Part shown: positions 1-10,587 of the stretch, piece after piece | Position numbering within the stretch: position 1 is the stretch's first letter | How the letters are laid out: each line of letters starts with the position of its first letter | DNA from: Candidatus Hermodarchaeota archaeon | Lineage (GTDB): Archaea > Asgardarchaeota > Lokiarchaeia > Sigyniarchaeales > SOKP01 | Direction of reading: 5' to 3' | DNA length: 40,272 nt | NCBI GenBank assembly: GCA_048885525.1 | Contig: JBHLLP010000027.1 | Coordinates: forward strand, 7,118-47,389 | The notes under the pieces: generated by a model | What the model saw: the letters and a program-made list of their open reading frames with translations, nothing else | What the model was told of the DNA's origin: nothing | Databases searched by the model: none | Translations under genes and position numbers: made by a program

Positions 1-1575
1 TTCTTTTAAATTTTCCCAGATCTTCAATTGTTTCAGTAGTTTATCATGTTCATTTGAAATCTTCTTTGCTAATAAGGATAGACCATATTTTTCAGTAATT
101 TTCTGTCCCTGAGTTAAAAATTTTCGTGCTTCTTCTAGATTCAAGGAAATTAATGCTAACTTGGCTTGTAAAAGGTAAGTCTCTCCCAAAATCCAATAAG
201 AATGGGATTTTTCAGATAAATCTAATAATTGGGTAATAAGTGGTTTAATCTCTTCTAATACTTCTGCTTCATTAGTTATTTGCAAATCCGCTAGGAGTAA
301 ATCGCATAAGTTAAGTAATACACTTGAACGAGCTTCATAAATTAAATCTTTCTCTTCAAGGAGTTGCTTGAAAATTTCTTCCGCTTTACCGCGATTGAGA
401 GCACGGGAACTAGTTTTCAAAAACAGAGCTTTATCATAAAGATATTGCAAATTTACTCGTTTATCGTTTAATTTATTTTTTAATTGCTCCAATTCAAGTA
501 GAGAAATCTGTGCTCGTTCAAGATCACCCCTATCAATTAAAATTTGAATTAAATAGTCGTAGCTATTAGCTAGGGCCGGTAATATTTCTAATTTAAGGTA
601 AAGTGTCATAGATTGTTCTATGCACTCTAACGCACGATCTAGTTCTCCTCTCATTTTATAACACATAGATAAAGTATTTAAAATACTTGCCATGATGAAA
701 TTATTATTAAATTCCTTGAAAAGCCCTAAACTTTGTTCATAAAATGTAATACTTTGGATTAATTCCCCTTTCATTCCATAACTAGCCCCCAGAATCTGAA
801 ACACTCTTGCTATCATAAATTTATTATTAATATCTTTAAAAATTTTCAAGCTCTGTTCGCCATTCGAAATACTACTATCCAAATCCCCTTTAAGGTGATA
901 TAAAAATGCCAAAAGAAATAGAAAACCTCCCTTACTTCTTGTACAACCACTTTTCTCGGCAATGGTTATACCTCGCTTAGAAAATTTTTGAGCTTGCTCA
1001 TAATCACCTTTCGACATAAATACCCAAGCAATTCCATAAAATGAATCTTCATATCTGAAGCCATAAAGATAATATTCCTGCTTATTACCCTTTTGTTCTT
1101 GGAATGAAATACTATGCTCAAATTGCTTTATTGCCTGATCAATTTCCCCCGCAAGGAAGTGAATCCATCCTTTAAGGAAAGCAATATACCTTTCATGTTG
1201 CTCACATTCTACTGATAATTCTTGTGTTAAAGTTTTAAGCAGTTCTTCTCCCTCTTTAATGATATTGTTAGCTTTATCTGGCTGACCAAGAGTTATATAA
1301 GCCAAAGCCATTATTAGTAAGATATCAATTGATAAGAGATTTTTTCCTAATCCTAAACTTTCTTTATACGTCTGCTTGGCAAGTTTGACGACATCTTCAA
1401 ATAAACCTCTCTCGCTAAAGAGCTCACACTTGAGGAGACGACATAAAATTGTATCATGAAAACTATGTCCTTCCTTTTCCTCAAAAGTCTTAATTATTTT
1501 TTCTGCCTCATCGAGTTTAGATATATCAATGAATTTTTTTGCCTGAGTTAGCTCTCTAGGTTCTGAGTATAACAT
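1..1575 (-). CDS. Tetratricopeptide-repeat (TPR) protein, partial (3' end runs off the window)
   Basis: Not in the ORF track. ATG at 1575; MLYSEPRELTQAKKFIDISKLDEAEKII... with helical TPR-like units (AFLKGWIHFLAGEIDQAIKQFEHSI). The same frame reads ...ISNEHDKLLKQLKIWENLKE at position 1. Both ends translated by hand. Confidence 0.85.
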   Translation of the reverse strand, partial: MLYSEPRELTQAKKFIDISKLDEAEKIIKTFEEKEGHSFHDTILCRLLKCELFSERGLFEDVVKLAKQTYKESLGLGKNLLSIDILLIMALAYITLGQPDKANNIIKEGEELLKTLTQELSVECEQHERYIAFLKGWIHFLAGEIDQAIKQFEHSISFQEQKGNKQEYYLYGFRYEDSFYGIAWVFMSKGDYEQAQKFSKRGITIAEKSGCTRSKGGFLFLLAFLYHLKGDLDSSISNGEQSLKIFKDINNKFMIARVFQILGASYGMKGELIQSITFYEQSLGLFKEFNNNFIMASILNTLSMCYKMRGELDRALECIEQSMTLYLKLEILPALANSYDYLIQILIDRGDLERAQISLLELEQLKNKLNDKRVNLQYLYDKALFLKTSSRALNRGKAEEIFKQLLEEKDLIYEARSSVLLNLCDLLLADLQITNEAEVLEEIKPLITQLLDLSEKSHSYWILGETYLLQAKLALISLNLEEARKFLTQGQKITEKYGLSLLAKKISNEHDKLLKQLKIWENLKE

Positions 1576-1740
1576 AAAATCCTTCCTAATTTGGTTTTTA
1601 AAAAACTTGGATTCTAACTTTCTATATTTAAGTTACATATTAAGAAAATTACTATTTTAAAACTAATTAAATTAACAGTAAAAACTCAAAGAAGGTAAAT
1701 AGTGTAAAATTTTATAATTAATTAAATTATGATTTCTTTG

Positions 1741-2691
1741 TTATATATTGAAACCATCGTCAAAATCCTCCCATTCTTCGGCGGCTTGATCAAATCTCTT
1801 CTTTTCATCTTCTTTCTTCTCTCTCTTAATTTCCCTACGATCCTTACGAGTGATTTGATCATGCCTTTTTGTGTAGATCTCTTCGTATTTCTCTCTTAGC
1901 GCTTCAACATCCTCAACATGACCAATTTTATCTTCCAAACCGTCCTCAAAAAAATAGTTTTTCTTGAATTTTTTTGCGGGAACTCCCGCATATATGTATC
2001 CTCTCTCTAAAACCTGACCGATGGTAGTCACTGAATTCGCTGCTAAAATACATTTATTCCCGATATGGGTACCTGGCATAATTATGGCATGTGAACCAAT
2101 TCTCACATCGTCTTCAACAATTGTTTTCCTGACTATTAATAAATTACCTACAATTACAGCAGACTGAACTATTGCTCCTTGCCCTACAACCACATCTTTT
2201 CCAAACTCTACAAACTCCGCATCAACCCAACCCTCGAATAAGGAATTCGAGATTTTCGTCTTCACACCGAACATTTTGAAACAGACATTATCCATAAATC
2301 CAGGAAATGGAAATCTGTGAGCAAGCCAGATTGGCCATCTTTTTATAGTACTCCGAAGACTCCAATATCTGTAATCTTGATCTTCAGGTATTCGCAAAAA
2401 AACGCCTTCTCGAGGTTTATGAATAACATTTACAATAAGTAATATGATCTTTGCAATAATTATGGAAGAAAAAACGAGAGTAATATACATCAGAAAAGCT
2501 AAAAGTGGAAGAAATGTGTAGAAATGGACTGGTCTTATCGCATTCCATAAAAATCGCCAATAAACCCAAAATTCTAAGAGTATTGGAATAATACTTGCCC
2601 ATATAATAAAAATATATAAAATTAAATAACTTTTCTTTACGAGTACGTTTGTTGTAAAGGGTCCAACCCTCATCGTATTTGGAACACTCAT
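1741..2691 (-). CDS. Membrane LbH (hexapeptide-repeat) acyltransferase-like protein, module C
   Basis: Two TM segments, HKPREGVFLR..DYRYWSLR, hexapeptide repeats (VVVGQGAIVQ, VRIGSHAIIMPGTHIGNKCILA), YAGVPAK end motif. ATGA overlap with the upstream AB gene. Confidence 0.85.
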   Translation of the reverse strand: MSVPNTMRVGPFTTNVLVKKSYLILYIFIIWASIIPILLEFWVYWRFLWNAIRPVHFYTFLPLLAFLMYITLVFSSIIIAKIILLIVNVIHKPREGVFLRIPEDQDYRYWSLRSTIKRWPIWLAHRFPFPGFMDNVCFKMFGVKTKISNSLFEGWVDAEFVEFGKDVVVGQGAIVQSAVIVGNLLIVRKTIVEDDVRIGSHAIIMPGTHIGNKCILAANSVTTIGQVLERGYIYAGVPAKKFKKNYFFEDGLEDKIGHVEDVEALREKYEEIYTKRHDQITRKDRREIKREKKEDEKKRFDQAAEEWEDFDDGFNI

Positions 2692-4541
2692 TTTTCTCCA
2701 CCCTCTTTTTCGATTTTAATCAAATCTTTTTTATCTTCATCAATATTAACATCATGTGTTATTTCTATTTTCTCTGCCTCAGCTACTTGGCGCTTTATTA
2801 TCACGTCTCTTCTTTCTTCAGCATATTTGTTTTCTTTCAATTCAATTGCTGGTATTCCAAAATATATCCATGCAGGTTTTAGAACTTGATCATACGTACT
2901 TGTACTTAGAGCTCCAATAATGGACTCTTTCCCTATGACAGTTCCTGGAGAGATGGTAGTATGACCTCCAACCATTACGTAATCCTCAAAAAATACCTTT
3001 TTAATTATTAAATATCTCCCAACTACCATTGAAGACATTATAGTTGCTCCTTGACCGATCATAACCTTCCTACCAAATTTAATAAATTCAGAATCACACC
3101 ATGTATCAGCTAAATGGCTCGAATAATCCATATCAACCCCTAATTGTTTGAAAGCTAAAACATCAGTCCATGGAAATGGCGAATTTCGGAAAAGCCATAA
3201 TGCAATCTTTTTTAATTCAGTTCTCAACATCCAAAATTCGAAATCAGTATCTCTAATTTCAGCTTTAAAAACGCCCTCTTTAGGTTTGTGAATTAAATTA
3301 ACCAATATTAAAAAAAGCTTACTAAATAAGAGACATACTATAATAAAAATATATGTTAATGTAAACAAAATAAGTGGGAAGAAAAAGAAAAAAGCCCATT
3401 GAAAGTTTGTTGCAACTTGGCTCCGAGAGTACCAATACCACATTATAGTTACTACTAATCCTGAAAGCCAAAAAATAGGTATATAAACAAGTAAGAATTT
3501 TGTATTTACCCTACTTATTGCTGAACTTGTGGTGAAATCAAGTATTAAATCTTGTTCTGTCAGATTATCGATATTTACTACTTCTTCTTCAGGATGACCT
3601 AAAAATTGTTCCTTATCGAATTTTTCATCAAAAGTTTTTAAAACCCCTTTTTTCTCTTTAATTTCTTTCAATAGTTTCTTGTCGGAATACCCTTGAATAT
3701 TCTCACTCATTTCTAAGTCTTTAGGAACCACATCAAGATAATTCATAATTTTTTTTCTAAAAATTTTCCTCATTGGTAGTCCAAAATAATAATTGTTTCC
3801 TTTCATCACACTGTGTTTTGGGGTAGAAGCTAACGGTAAAAGATAAGCATTATCATCAAGTTCTGATCCTGGACCAATTCCGCTCATTGCAGATAATGTA
3901 ACATTATTTCCAACATTAATCTTAAAATATGAGATATTTCCAAAAACACCTTGGATTAGGTGACTGGCTAAGGTTGAATTGACCCCAATATAACAATTCT
4001 CTCCAATGTTAATAAATTTATCATTCCCTACAGATTCCTCGAAGGTTGTACCCTTACCAATTTTGTTTGATCTTACAAAATTAAAAAACCAATTCGATAA
4101 CCATGGAAACATACCCTTTGTAAATGTATTTTTTCCATATTTGATCATGAAACTTCTAATATGGTAATAATTAGCAGCTCTACTCTTAATATTTCGGGGT
4201 ATTATTCCAGATTTGGATGGTGAAATCCTTTCTGTAATTCCCCATATTAACCGTGTAATTAATCCAAGTAGAATTAAATGAAGTAAATAGCAGCTAATAA
4301 TAACCAAAGGCATAACAAATAAAGTCATTAAAGATCTTATATCAGTAAATAGGGAAAAAAATCCATGATTTTCTAAAAAAAATATTCGAAAAGGGAAGAA
4401 AAAATATAACCAAAAGACAAATCCCGGGATAACCCATGAAACATAATAGATTACCACGAAAATTATAATATATAAATGAAATTGAAGACTTACCTCTTCC
4501 TTTATAACTTCTTCAGTAGGTTTCAGTAATTTTTTCTTCAT
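2688..4541 (-). CDS. Membrane LbH acyltransferase-like protein, fused modules A+B
   Basis: Two tandem [2TM + LbH] units joined by a charged linker. Module A: SPSKSGIIPRN...ASHLIQG...YFGLP. Module B: DFTTSSAISR...KPKEGVF...YFGIPA. Confidence 0.85.
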   Translation of the reverse strand: MKKKLLKPTEEVIKEEVSLQFHLYIIIFVVIYYVSWVIPGFVFWLYFFFPFRIFFLENHGFFSLFTDIRSLMTLFVMPLVIISCYLLHLILLGLITRLIWGITERISPSKSGIIPRNIKSRAANYYHIRSFMIKYGKNTFTKGMFPWLSNWFFNFVRSNKIGKGTTFEESVGNDKFINIGENCYIGVNSTLASHLIQGVFGNISYFKINVGNNVTLSAMSGIGPGSELDDNAYLLPLASTPKHSVMKGNNYYFGLPMRKIFRKKIMNYLDVVPKDLEMSENIQGYSDKKLLKEIKEKKGVLKTFDEKFDKEQFLGHPEEEVVNIDNLTEQDLILDFTTSSAISRVNTKFLLVYIPIFWLSGLVVTIMWYWYSRSQVATNFQWAFFFFFPLILFTLTYIFIIVCLLFSKLFLILVNLIHKPKEGVFKAEIRDTDFEFWMLRTELKKIALWLFRNSPFPWTDVLAFKQLGVDMDYSSHLADTWCDSEFIKFGRKVMIGQGATIMSSMVVGRYLIIKKVFFEDYVMVGGHTTISPGTVIGKESIIGALSTSTYDQVLKPAWIYFGIPAIELKENKYAEERRDVIIKRQVAEAEKIEITHDVNIDEDKKDLIKIEKEGGEK

Positions 4542-4628
4542 TAAAAAACAATTGATACTTATTATAATTTAATAGATATTTTTTTTTCTTTTAAATATAT
4601 AAGTCTTAGGTAAAAAGAACAAACAATC

Positions 4629-5024
4629 ATGTTCGATAACTGTAAGGATTGCGGAAAGTGTTGTATAGAGACAGAGATGATTGTTTCCGAACACGACATT
4701 GATTTAATAATGGAAAAATACCAAAATCATAAAGTAAAGCAAGATTTTTGTATTAAAAATAAAAATAACTTTTTTCAACTGAAAAATATTGAAGGATATT
4801 GTGCTTTTTTTGAGAAATCTTCAAAGACCTGTGCTATCTACGAATATCGTCCACAAGGGTGTAAATTTTACCCTCTAATATTCGACTTTAAAAGAAAAAA
4901 ATGCATTTTTGATAAGGATTGTCCTAGAACTCATCTTTTCTATAAAAATAAGCAGATTTTGAAAAAAACTTGTGATGGTTTAAAGAAATTTTTAATCGAA
5001 CAGCTAAATTTAGAAATAAAATAA
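4629..5024 (+). CDS. YkgJ/UPF0153-family CxxCxxCC cysteine-cluster (putative Fe-S/Zn) protein
   Basis: CKDCGKCC, then C-x-F, CAIYEYRPQGCKFYP signature. Confidence 0.85.
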   Translation: MFDNCKDCGKCCIETEMIVSEHDIDLIMEKYQNHKVKQDFCIKNKNNFFQLKNIEGYCAFFEKSSKTCAIYEYRPQGCKFYPLIFDFKRKKCIFDKDCPRTHLFYKNKQILKKTCDGLKKFLIEQLNLEIK

Positions 5025-5039
5025 AATCTTGATCACTTT

Positions 5040-6860
5040 CTAGACATAATCCTTCTTATCTTCGTCGATATTGATTTCATGCTCAATTTCAAACTTCTTT
5101 TCTTCGTCGACATCCCTTTTCATAAGAATATCACGTCTTCCTTCAGCATATTTATTTGGTTTTAATTTAATTACCGGAATTCCAAAATAAATCCACCCAG
5201 GTTCAAGAACTTGATTATAAGTAGTTGTACTAAGAGCTCCAACCACTGAATCCCTACCTATAATTGTACCTGGAGAAACGATAGCTTGCCCTCCAACAAC
5301 TACATAGTCGTCAAGAATAACTCTTTTGATTATTAAGTATTTACCGATAATGGAACTGCTCATAACACTAGCTCCCTGCCCTATGATTACTCTACGTCCA
5401 AATGTAATAAATTCACCATCACACCAAGAATCCCATAAAGTACTTGATAAACTCATTTTAATCCCAAACCATTTAAAAGCTAAAATATCCATCCAAGGGA
5501 GAGGCCAATTTCTTATGAGCCAAAATGCTATCTTTTTTAATTCAGTTCGTAAACACCAAAATTCAAAATCAACGTCTCCTTTTTCTGCTCTAAATATTCC
5601 TTCTTTTGGCTTATGTATTAAATTTATTAAAATTAAGAAAAGTTTACTAAATATAAAACACCCAAAAATAAATACAAACCACATTATGATTAATATTGCT
5701 GGTAGAAAAAAAGCCATTAAAATCCAGTTTTGAACATACGAAGTGAAAGTATAAAAGACTACTGTATCTAGCATACCTGAGAGCCAAAAAATTGGAATAT
5801 ATACAGCTAAAAATTTTATGTTTACTCTTGAAATAGCACTACTAGTAGTAAAATCAATTCTTATATCTTCATTATCAATATCGTTTAAACTAATATTTTC
5901 TTTTCTTAATTCTGTCTTATCTTTTTTTAAATTGTTTTTAACATCATGTTGTTTTGGATTTATCTTAGTTTTTAATTTTTTAAAAAATCCTTTACTCTTA
6001 TATACTTCAATATTTTCATTTTTCTCTAAATCCTTTGGTGTTATTCTTAAAAAATTCATAATTTTTTTTCTGAAAATTTTTCTTAATGGCATACCCCAAT
6101 AATAATTATTTCCTTTAATTATACTATGCTTTGGGGTTGCTGCTAAAGGGAGTAAATAAGAATTATCGTAAGCTTCAGAACCTGGTCCTAAAACATTACT
6201 AGCTGCGGCAGTAAAATTATTACCAGTTTTAACTTTAAAATAAGAAATATTTCCAAACATCCCCTCTATTACATGGCTAGCTAACGCAGAATTAACACCA
6301 ATATAGCAATTTTCCCCAACTTCAATAAATTTGTCATTACTAACAGATTCTTCAAATGTAGTTCCCTTTCCTATTTTACTTGCCCGTATAAAATTAAAAT
6401 ACCAGTTGCTAAACCATGGAAAAGGTCCCTTCATAAAAGCATTCTTTCCATATTTGATCATGAAACCTCTAATTTGATAATAATTTAGTGTTTTACTTGG
6501 AAAATTTCTCGGAATGATCCCGTTCTTGCTAGGTGATCTTTTTTCAGTTAAAGTCCAAAAACCACGTGTTATTAAACCTATGAAAAATAAACGGATAAGA
6601 TAACAGCCAATGAGAACGAAAGGCATAGAGACCAATGCTAGAATGGGTTTAAGTTCAGTGAAAAGTGATAAAAAATTGTCAACAGTTAAAAAATTAGGTA
6701 TAAAAAAGAAAAATGTATACATTAGAAAAACAATAGCTGGAATAATTAATGAAGCTAAGAATATTGTGAAAAGAACAAATAAATACCAAAAATATTGAGT
6801 TTTTATCTCTTCCCGAATTGTTTTTTTCTTTGGAACAGTTCCAATTGATTGTTGTTCCAT
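5040..6860 (-). CDS. Membrane LbH acyltransferase-like protein, fused modules A+B (second copy, no adjacent C)
   Basis: Clear paralog of 2688-4541 along its full length (GIIPRN, ASHVIEG, DFTTSSAISR, KPNKYAE, NIDEDKK). Confidence 0.85.
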   Translation of the reverse strand: MEQQSIGTVPKKKTIREEIKTQYFWYLFVLFTIFLASLIIPAIVFLMYTFFFFIPNFLTVDNFLSLFTELKPILALVSMPFVLIGCYLIRLFFIGLITRGFWTLTEKRSPSKNGIIPRNFPSKTLNYYQIRGFMIKYGKNAFMKGPFPWFSNWYFNFIRASKIGKGTTFEESVSNDKFIEVGENCYIGVNSALASHVIEGMFGNISYFKVKTGNNFTAAASNVLGPGSEAYDNSYLLPLAATPKHSIIKGNNYYWGMPLRKIFRKKIMNFLRITPKDLEKNENIEVYKSKGFFKKLKTKINPKQHDVKNNLKKDKTELRKENISLNDIDNEDIRIDFTTSSAISRVNIKFLAVYIPIFWLSGMLDTVVFYTFTSYVQNWILMAFFLPAILIIMWFVFIFGCFIFSKLFLILINLIHKPKEGIFRAEKGDVDFEFWCLRTELKKIAFWLIRNWPLPWMDILAFKWFGIKMSLSSTLWDSWCDGEFITFGRRVIIGQGASVMSSSIIGKYLIIKRVILDDYVVVGGQAIVSPGTIIGRDSVVGALSTTTYNQVLEPGWIYFGIPVIKLKPNKYAEGRRDILMKRDVDEEKKFEIEHEINIDEDKKDYV

Positions 6861-6988
6861 CGTCTTTATTTATAATTTTGAGGAATTATTTTACTTTATA
6901 ATTAGATTTAAGATATTTTCTCTAAAAAATTAAATGTATATATTTTTAAGCTAATCTAAAAAAGAGATGACTAAGAATCAAAAGAACA

Positions 6989-7996
6989 TTATATATGGAT
7001 AATTGTCTTAATATGATCACGACTTTTTTGATAGGATTCAAATGCCTTTTTTATATCATCTAATTCGAATACCTCTGAAATTAGTTGCTTTACTTGTATA
7101 TCTCCAGACTTCAGACCATCAATTGCTTTTTCAAATGGTCCACATCTACTGCTATAAAGCGTAAGTTCGCGAACTACTATTTCTGTGAGATTAATTGGTG
7201 TTTCAAGTCCATGAGTGCTCTTTACATGGATTTTTCCTCGAGTTCTACAAGAATTAATTATATCATCAAGAGCATTCGGATTACCGGTTGTATCAATTAC
7301 GATATCAGCACCTAATCCATTAGTTAAATTTTTGATCTCATTAGAAATATTTCCACAACTTGATCTATTGATTAAATAAGAAGCCCCAAATATTTTAGCA
7401 AGATTAAGCTTTTTATCTGATCCATCTATAGCTATTATTGTTAATCCTTTAGATAATGCTACTTGAGTGATTAATAATCCTAACTTTCCGAGACCAAATA
7501 TTGCAACATTTTTATCATCTTTATCAATTGGCATCATTTCAAATGTTTGGTAAGCCGCAGCAAGGGGTTCAATAAAAGTTGCATCATCATAAGGGATCGT
7601 ATCAGGAATTTCATGTAATAAATAAGATTCCAAAGCGATATATTCTGCTAAAGCCCCATTTATATCAATGCCAATAGCTTTACGAGATATACATTGAGTA
7701 TATAGTCCTTTTTTGCAATAATAACAGCTAAAATCAATATTGCTATTAATCTCTGAAGTCACTCTTTTATTTAGCCAAGAATTATCGACTTTTTTACCTA
7801 CTTTTACTACTTCTCCTGCAAATTCATGACCTAGAATAATTAGAGTAGGTGTTTGTAAATAGCCGTTTGCGATTGCTAGGTCTGTTCCGCAAATTCCTAC
7901 CATTTCGACACGAACTAAAACTTGAGATTCTTTTATTTCCGGATCTGGTACATTTTTTATTGTAATTTCACTTCCATCATATACTACTGCTTTCAT
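6989..7996 (-). CDS. Zinc-dependent medium-chain dehydrogenase/reductase (alcohol dehydrogenase family)
   Basis: GICGTD, GHEFAG, CYYC..C structural-zinc segment, EPLAAA, GLGKLG Rossmann motif. Confidence 0.92.
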   Translation of the reverse strand: MKAVVYDGSEITIKNVPDPEIKESQVLVRVEMVGICGTDLAIANGYLQTPTLIILGHEFAGEVVKVGKKVDNSWLNKRVTSEINSNIDFSCYYCKKGLYTQCISRKAIGIDINGALAEYIALESYLLHEIPDTIPYDDATFIEPLAAAYQTFEMMPIDKDDKNVAIFGLGKLGLLITQVALSKGLTIIAIDGSDKKLNLAKIFGASYLINRSSCGNISNEIKNLTNGLGADIVIDTTGNPNALDDIINSCRTRGKIHVKSTHGLETPINLTEIVVRELTLYSSRCGPFEKAIDGLKSGDIQVKQLISEVFELDDIKKAFESYQKSRDHIKTIIHI

Positions 7997-8236
7997 ATAA
8001 ACCCCCAGAAGTTATTTATTATCATTTTATATTGATAAATTGCATTCTAGAAATAATAAAGAAATTAATATAAGTTCTAATAAAATTAAGTTATAGTTTA
8101 GAATAAATTTATAGAATCTAAACAGAACTATTTTTTAATTTAAACTGTTATGATTAATGGAATTATATACTTTATCTAATTTTTAATTAAATCTAAATTA
8201 ATCAGATTACAATTTTGAAAAGTTAAAGGTGAAAAA

Positions 8237-8767
8237 ATGAAGAACAAATTATTACAATGGACACTTTTTGGCATGATTTTTATCATTATCGTTGGGTCCT
8301 TATTCCACTTCGTATTTGAATGGCTTTTTTCTTGGCCTCCTATTGGAGCAATCACGGCAGTCAATGAAAGTGTTTGGGAACATCTAAAACTTCCTTACTG
8401 GCCACTAATAATATTTTCCTTAATCGAATATAAATTTATAAAAGAAGAAGCAAATAATATTATCATAGCTAAAAATCTTTCTGCAATAATAAGTATAAGT
8501 ACAATATTGATTGTTTTTTATTCATATACAGCTATTCTTGGGACAGAAATTCTTATTATAGACATTCTAAGTTTTTATATTGGGGTGGTTATTGGACAAA
8601 TAATTAGTTATAAGATATTGACATTAAATGAATTACCAAAATGGTTAAGTATTATTTCATGGATAATTCTTATTGGTTTTGGGTTATCTTTAGTAATATT
8701 TACCTATTTGCCACCACATCTCCCTATATTCCAAGATTCTGGGACAGGATTATATGGTATTTTATAA
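8237..8767 (+). CDS. Integral membrane protein, DUF6512-like
   Basis: About 5 TM segments with GSLFHFVFEW, AVNESVWEHLKL and PPHLPIFQD motifs. Confidence 0.7.
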   Translation: MKNKLLQWTLFGMIFIIIVGSLFHFVFEWLFSWPPIGAITAVNESVWEHLKLPYWPLIIFSLIEYKFIKEEANNIIIAKNLSAIISISTILIVFYSYTAILGTEILIIDILSFYIGVVIGQIISYKILTLNELPKWLSIISWIILIGFGLSLVIFTYLPPHLPIFQDSGTGLYGIL

Positions 8768-8903
8768 CATATTTAAAACAAATAAATATTTACGAAAAAT
8801 AATATAATTTATTTTTTCCTTATTTATTCTAATTAGATTTTGGAAAAACAGTTTTTTCCAACTATCAGTGAATAAAAAAAAAATTTGAATATAGGAGAAA
8901 ATT

Positions 8904-10544
8904 TTGGAGTCTTATGATTTTGATAAGGACGTTCAAATCAATTTTAATGAATATTTTTCGAGTATAGAAAGAATAAATTGGAAACAGTGGCTGGAAATTG
9001 ATTCTAGAGAGGGATATGAGGAATTATCATTAAAACTCTCAGGGTTATCCAGTGTTGAAGATTTTTTCAATAGAATAAAATCTGAAAAAACTGACTCTAG
9101 AAGTTTCTCAATAGATTTAAAAGATTTTCTGGATAATAATAAAGGCTCTGACCAATTAATTTTTTGTCATACTTCTGGGACTACGAATAGTAATTTATCA
9201 ATGCTAAAATGGTTCCATATGACAAAAGATATTGTTAAAAGGCAATGGGCTCCCGGTATGCAGGCAATATTTGAATCGAGTGGATTAGATACAAATTCTT
9301 CTGCTATAATTTTTGTTCCTTCTAGATTAAAATTCGATGGGATCCGATCATATAAAGAGAAGAAATATATTTCACTCTATTCTTCAGAATTTTCTCAAAG
9401 AATTATGCTTTCTGTTATTAGACCTAAATCATATCTATTTTATGAATATAAGAATTCAAGAAATCTAGAAGTAATATCTAAAATTTTAACAATGAATAAT
9501 GTCTCTGTAATTTCTGCACCCGCAATTACGATTCTAGGATGGGCAGATATTACTCGACTTCAAGATGGAATAAAAAGATCGCTTGAGTTAGTAGATGAAA
9601 CTCAAAATCCAAAACTCGAGGAGCTTCTATTGAAAATTAAAAAGAAAGGATTGGATAATGCAGCAAAAGAAATCCAAAATGAATTATCAGAAAAAATTTC
9701 TAAAGCCACATTAATATTTAGTATTAGTTCTCTGGCAAAATCTGATTGGGAATTAATTCGGAGATTTATGAAATGGAATAAAAATCAAGAAAAATTTACT
9801 AATCTTTATGTAGCTTCTGAAATTGGTCCATTTGCGGCAAGTATTCATATGGGAGATTTTGAGATTTCACGTTCAAATAAAATGTACATTTTTCCTTTAA
9901 CGATTCCGGCATTAGAATATAGAGGAAAAAAAGAATTGATTTCAAGAACTAAAAGTAAATTCGGTAGACTTTATGTTTCACGACTTAATAATTCAGACAT
10001 ATTAATTAATATAGATTTAGGTGATGTTATTGTCATTAAAAATCAGGAAGGACTGCCTCAGATTGATGGGAAAATTTTACGCTCTAGTTTTCAATTAAAA
10101 TATCCAATAACCATCTCGAAAGATATATCATTAAAGAAAAATTATAATGTATTTGCAGGTGATTACTTCACTTTTCCTAATTTCGAAATAAAAGATCCAC
10201 GCACTCTACTGAATTGTTTGAAAGAGAAATGTGCTTTAGATCTTGATTCTTTATTATTAATTATCAATAAAGAATCAGTAAATAACTATTCGAAATTGTT
10301 TCTTTATTCAAATAATGGGAAAGATTGTTCTAATTTAGAGAATTACAGTAAAAATTTAATTATGTGTATCAAAAATGAAGATTTTAAAGAATCTATTTTA
10401 AAAAGTGAGATAAAATTACAATTAATTAAAACAAGTCCAGTAGATTTCTTAGCAACACGTTCAGACATGTTAGAGAAAGTCAGAAGCGGGAAAAATCCTA
10501 AAGGAGTTCTGAAAAAATGGCCTCTTTATGTTCTAGAAACGTGA
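8904..10544 (+). CDS. GH3-like acyl-adenylate-forming enzyme (ANL superfamily)
   Basis: HTSGTT P-loop-like motif, LYVASEIG (GH3 YxxSE) and IDLGDVI (GH3 YRLGD) in the expected order. TTG start preceded by AGGAG. Confidence 0.65.
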   Translation: MESYDFDKDVQINFNEYFSSIERINWKQWLEIDSREGYEELSLKLSGLSSVEDFFNRIKSEKTDSRSFSIDLKDFLDNNKGSDQLIFCHTSGTTNSNLSMLKWFHMTKDIVKRQWAPGMQAIFESSGLDTNSSAIIFVPSRLKFDGIRSYKEKKYISLYSSEFSQRIMLSVIRPKSYLFYEYKNSRNLEVISKILTMNNVSVISAPAITILGWADITRLQDGIKRSLELVDETQNPKLEELLLKIKKKGLDNAAKEIQNELSEKISKATLIFSISSLAKSDWELIRRFMKWNKNQEKFTNLYVASEIGPFAASIHMGDFEISRSNKMYIFPLTIPALEYRGKKELISRTKSKFGRLYVSRLNNSDILINIDLGDVIVIKNQEGLPQIDGKILRSSFQLKYPITISKDISLKKNYNVFAGDYFTFPNFEIKDPRTLLNCLKEKCALDLDSLLLIINKESVNNYSKLFLYSNNGKDCSNLENYSKNLIMCIKNEDFKESILKSEIKLQLIKTSPVDFLATRSDMLEKVRSGKNPKGVLKKWPLYVLET

Positions 10545-10587
10545 TTACTTTCAAAAAATAAAAAGAAAAAAATTTTTAAATAAAATT

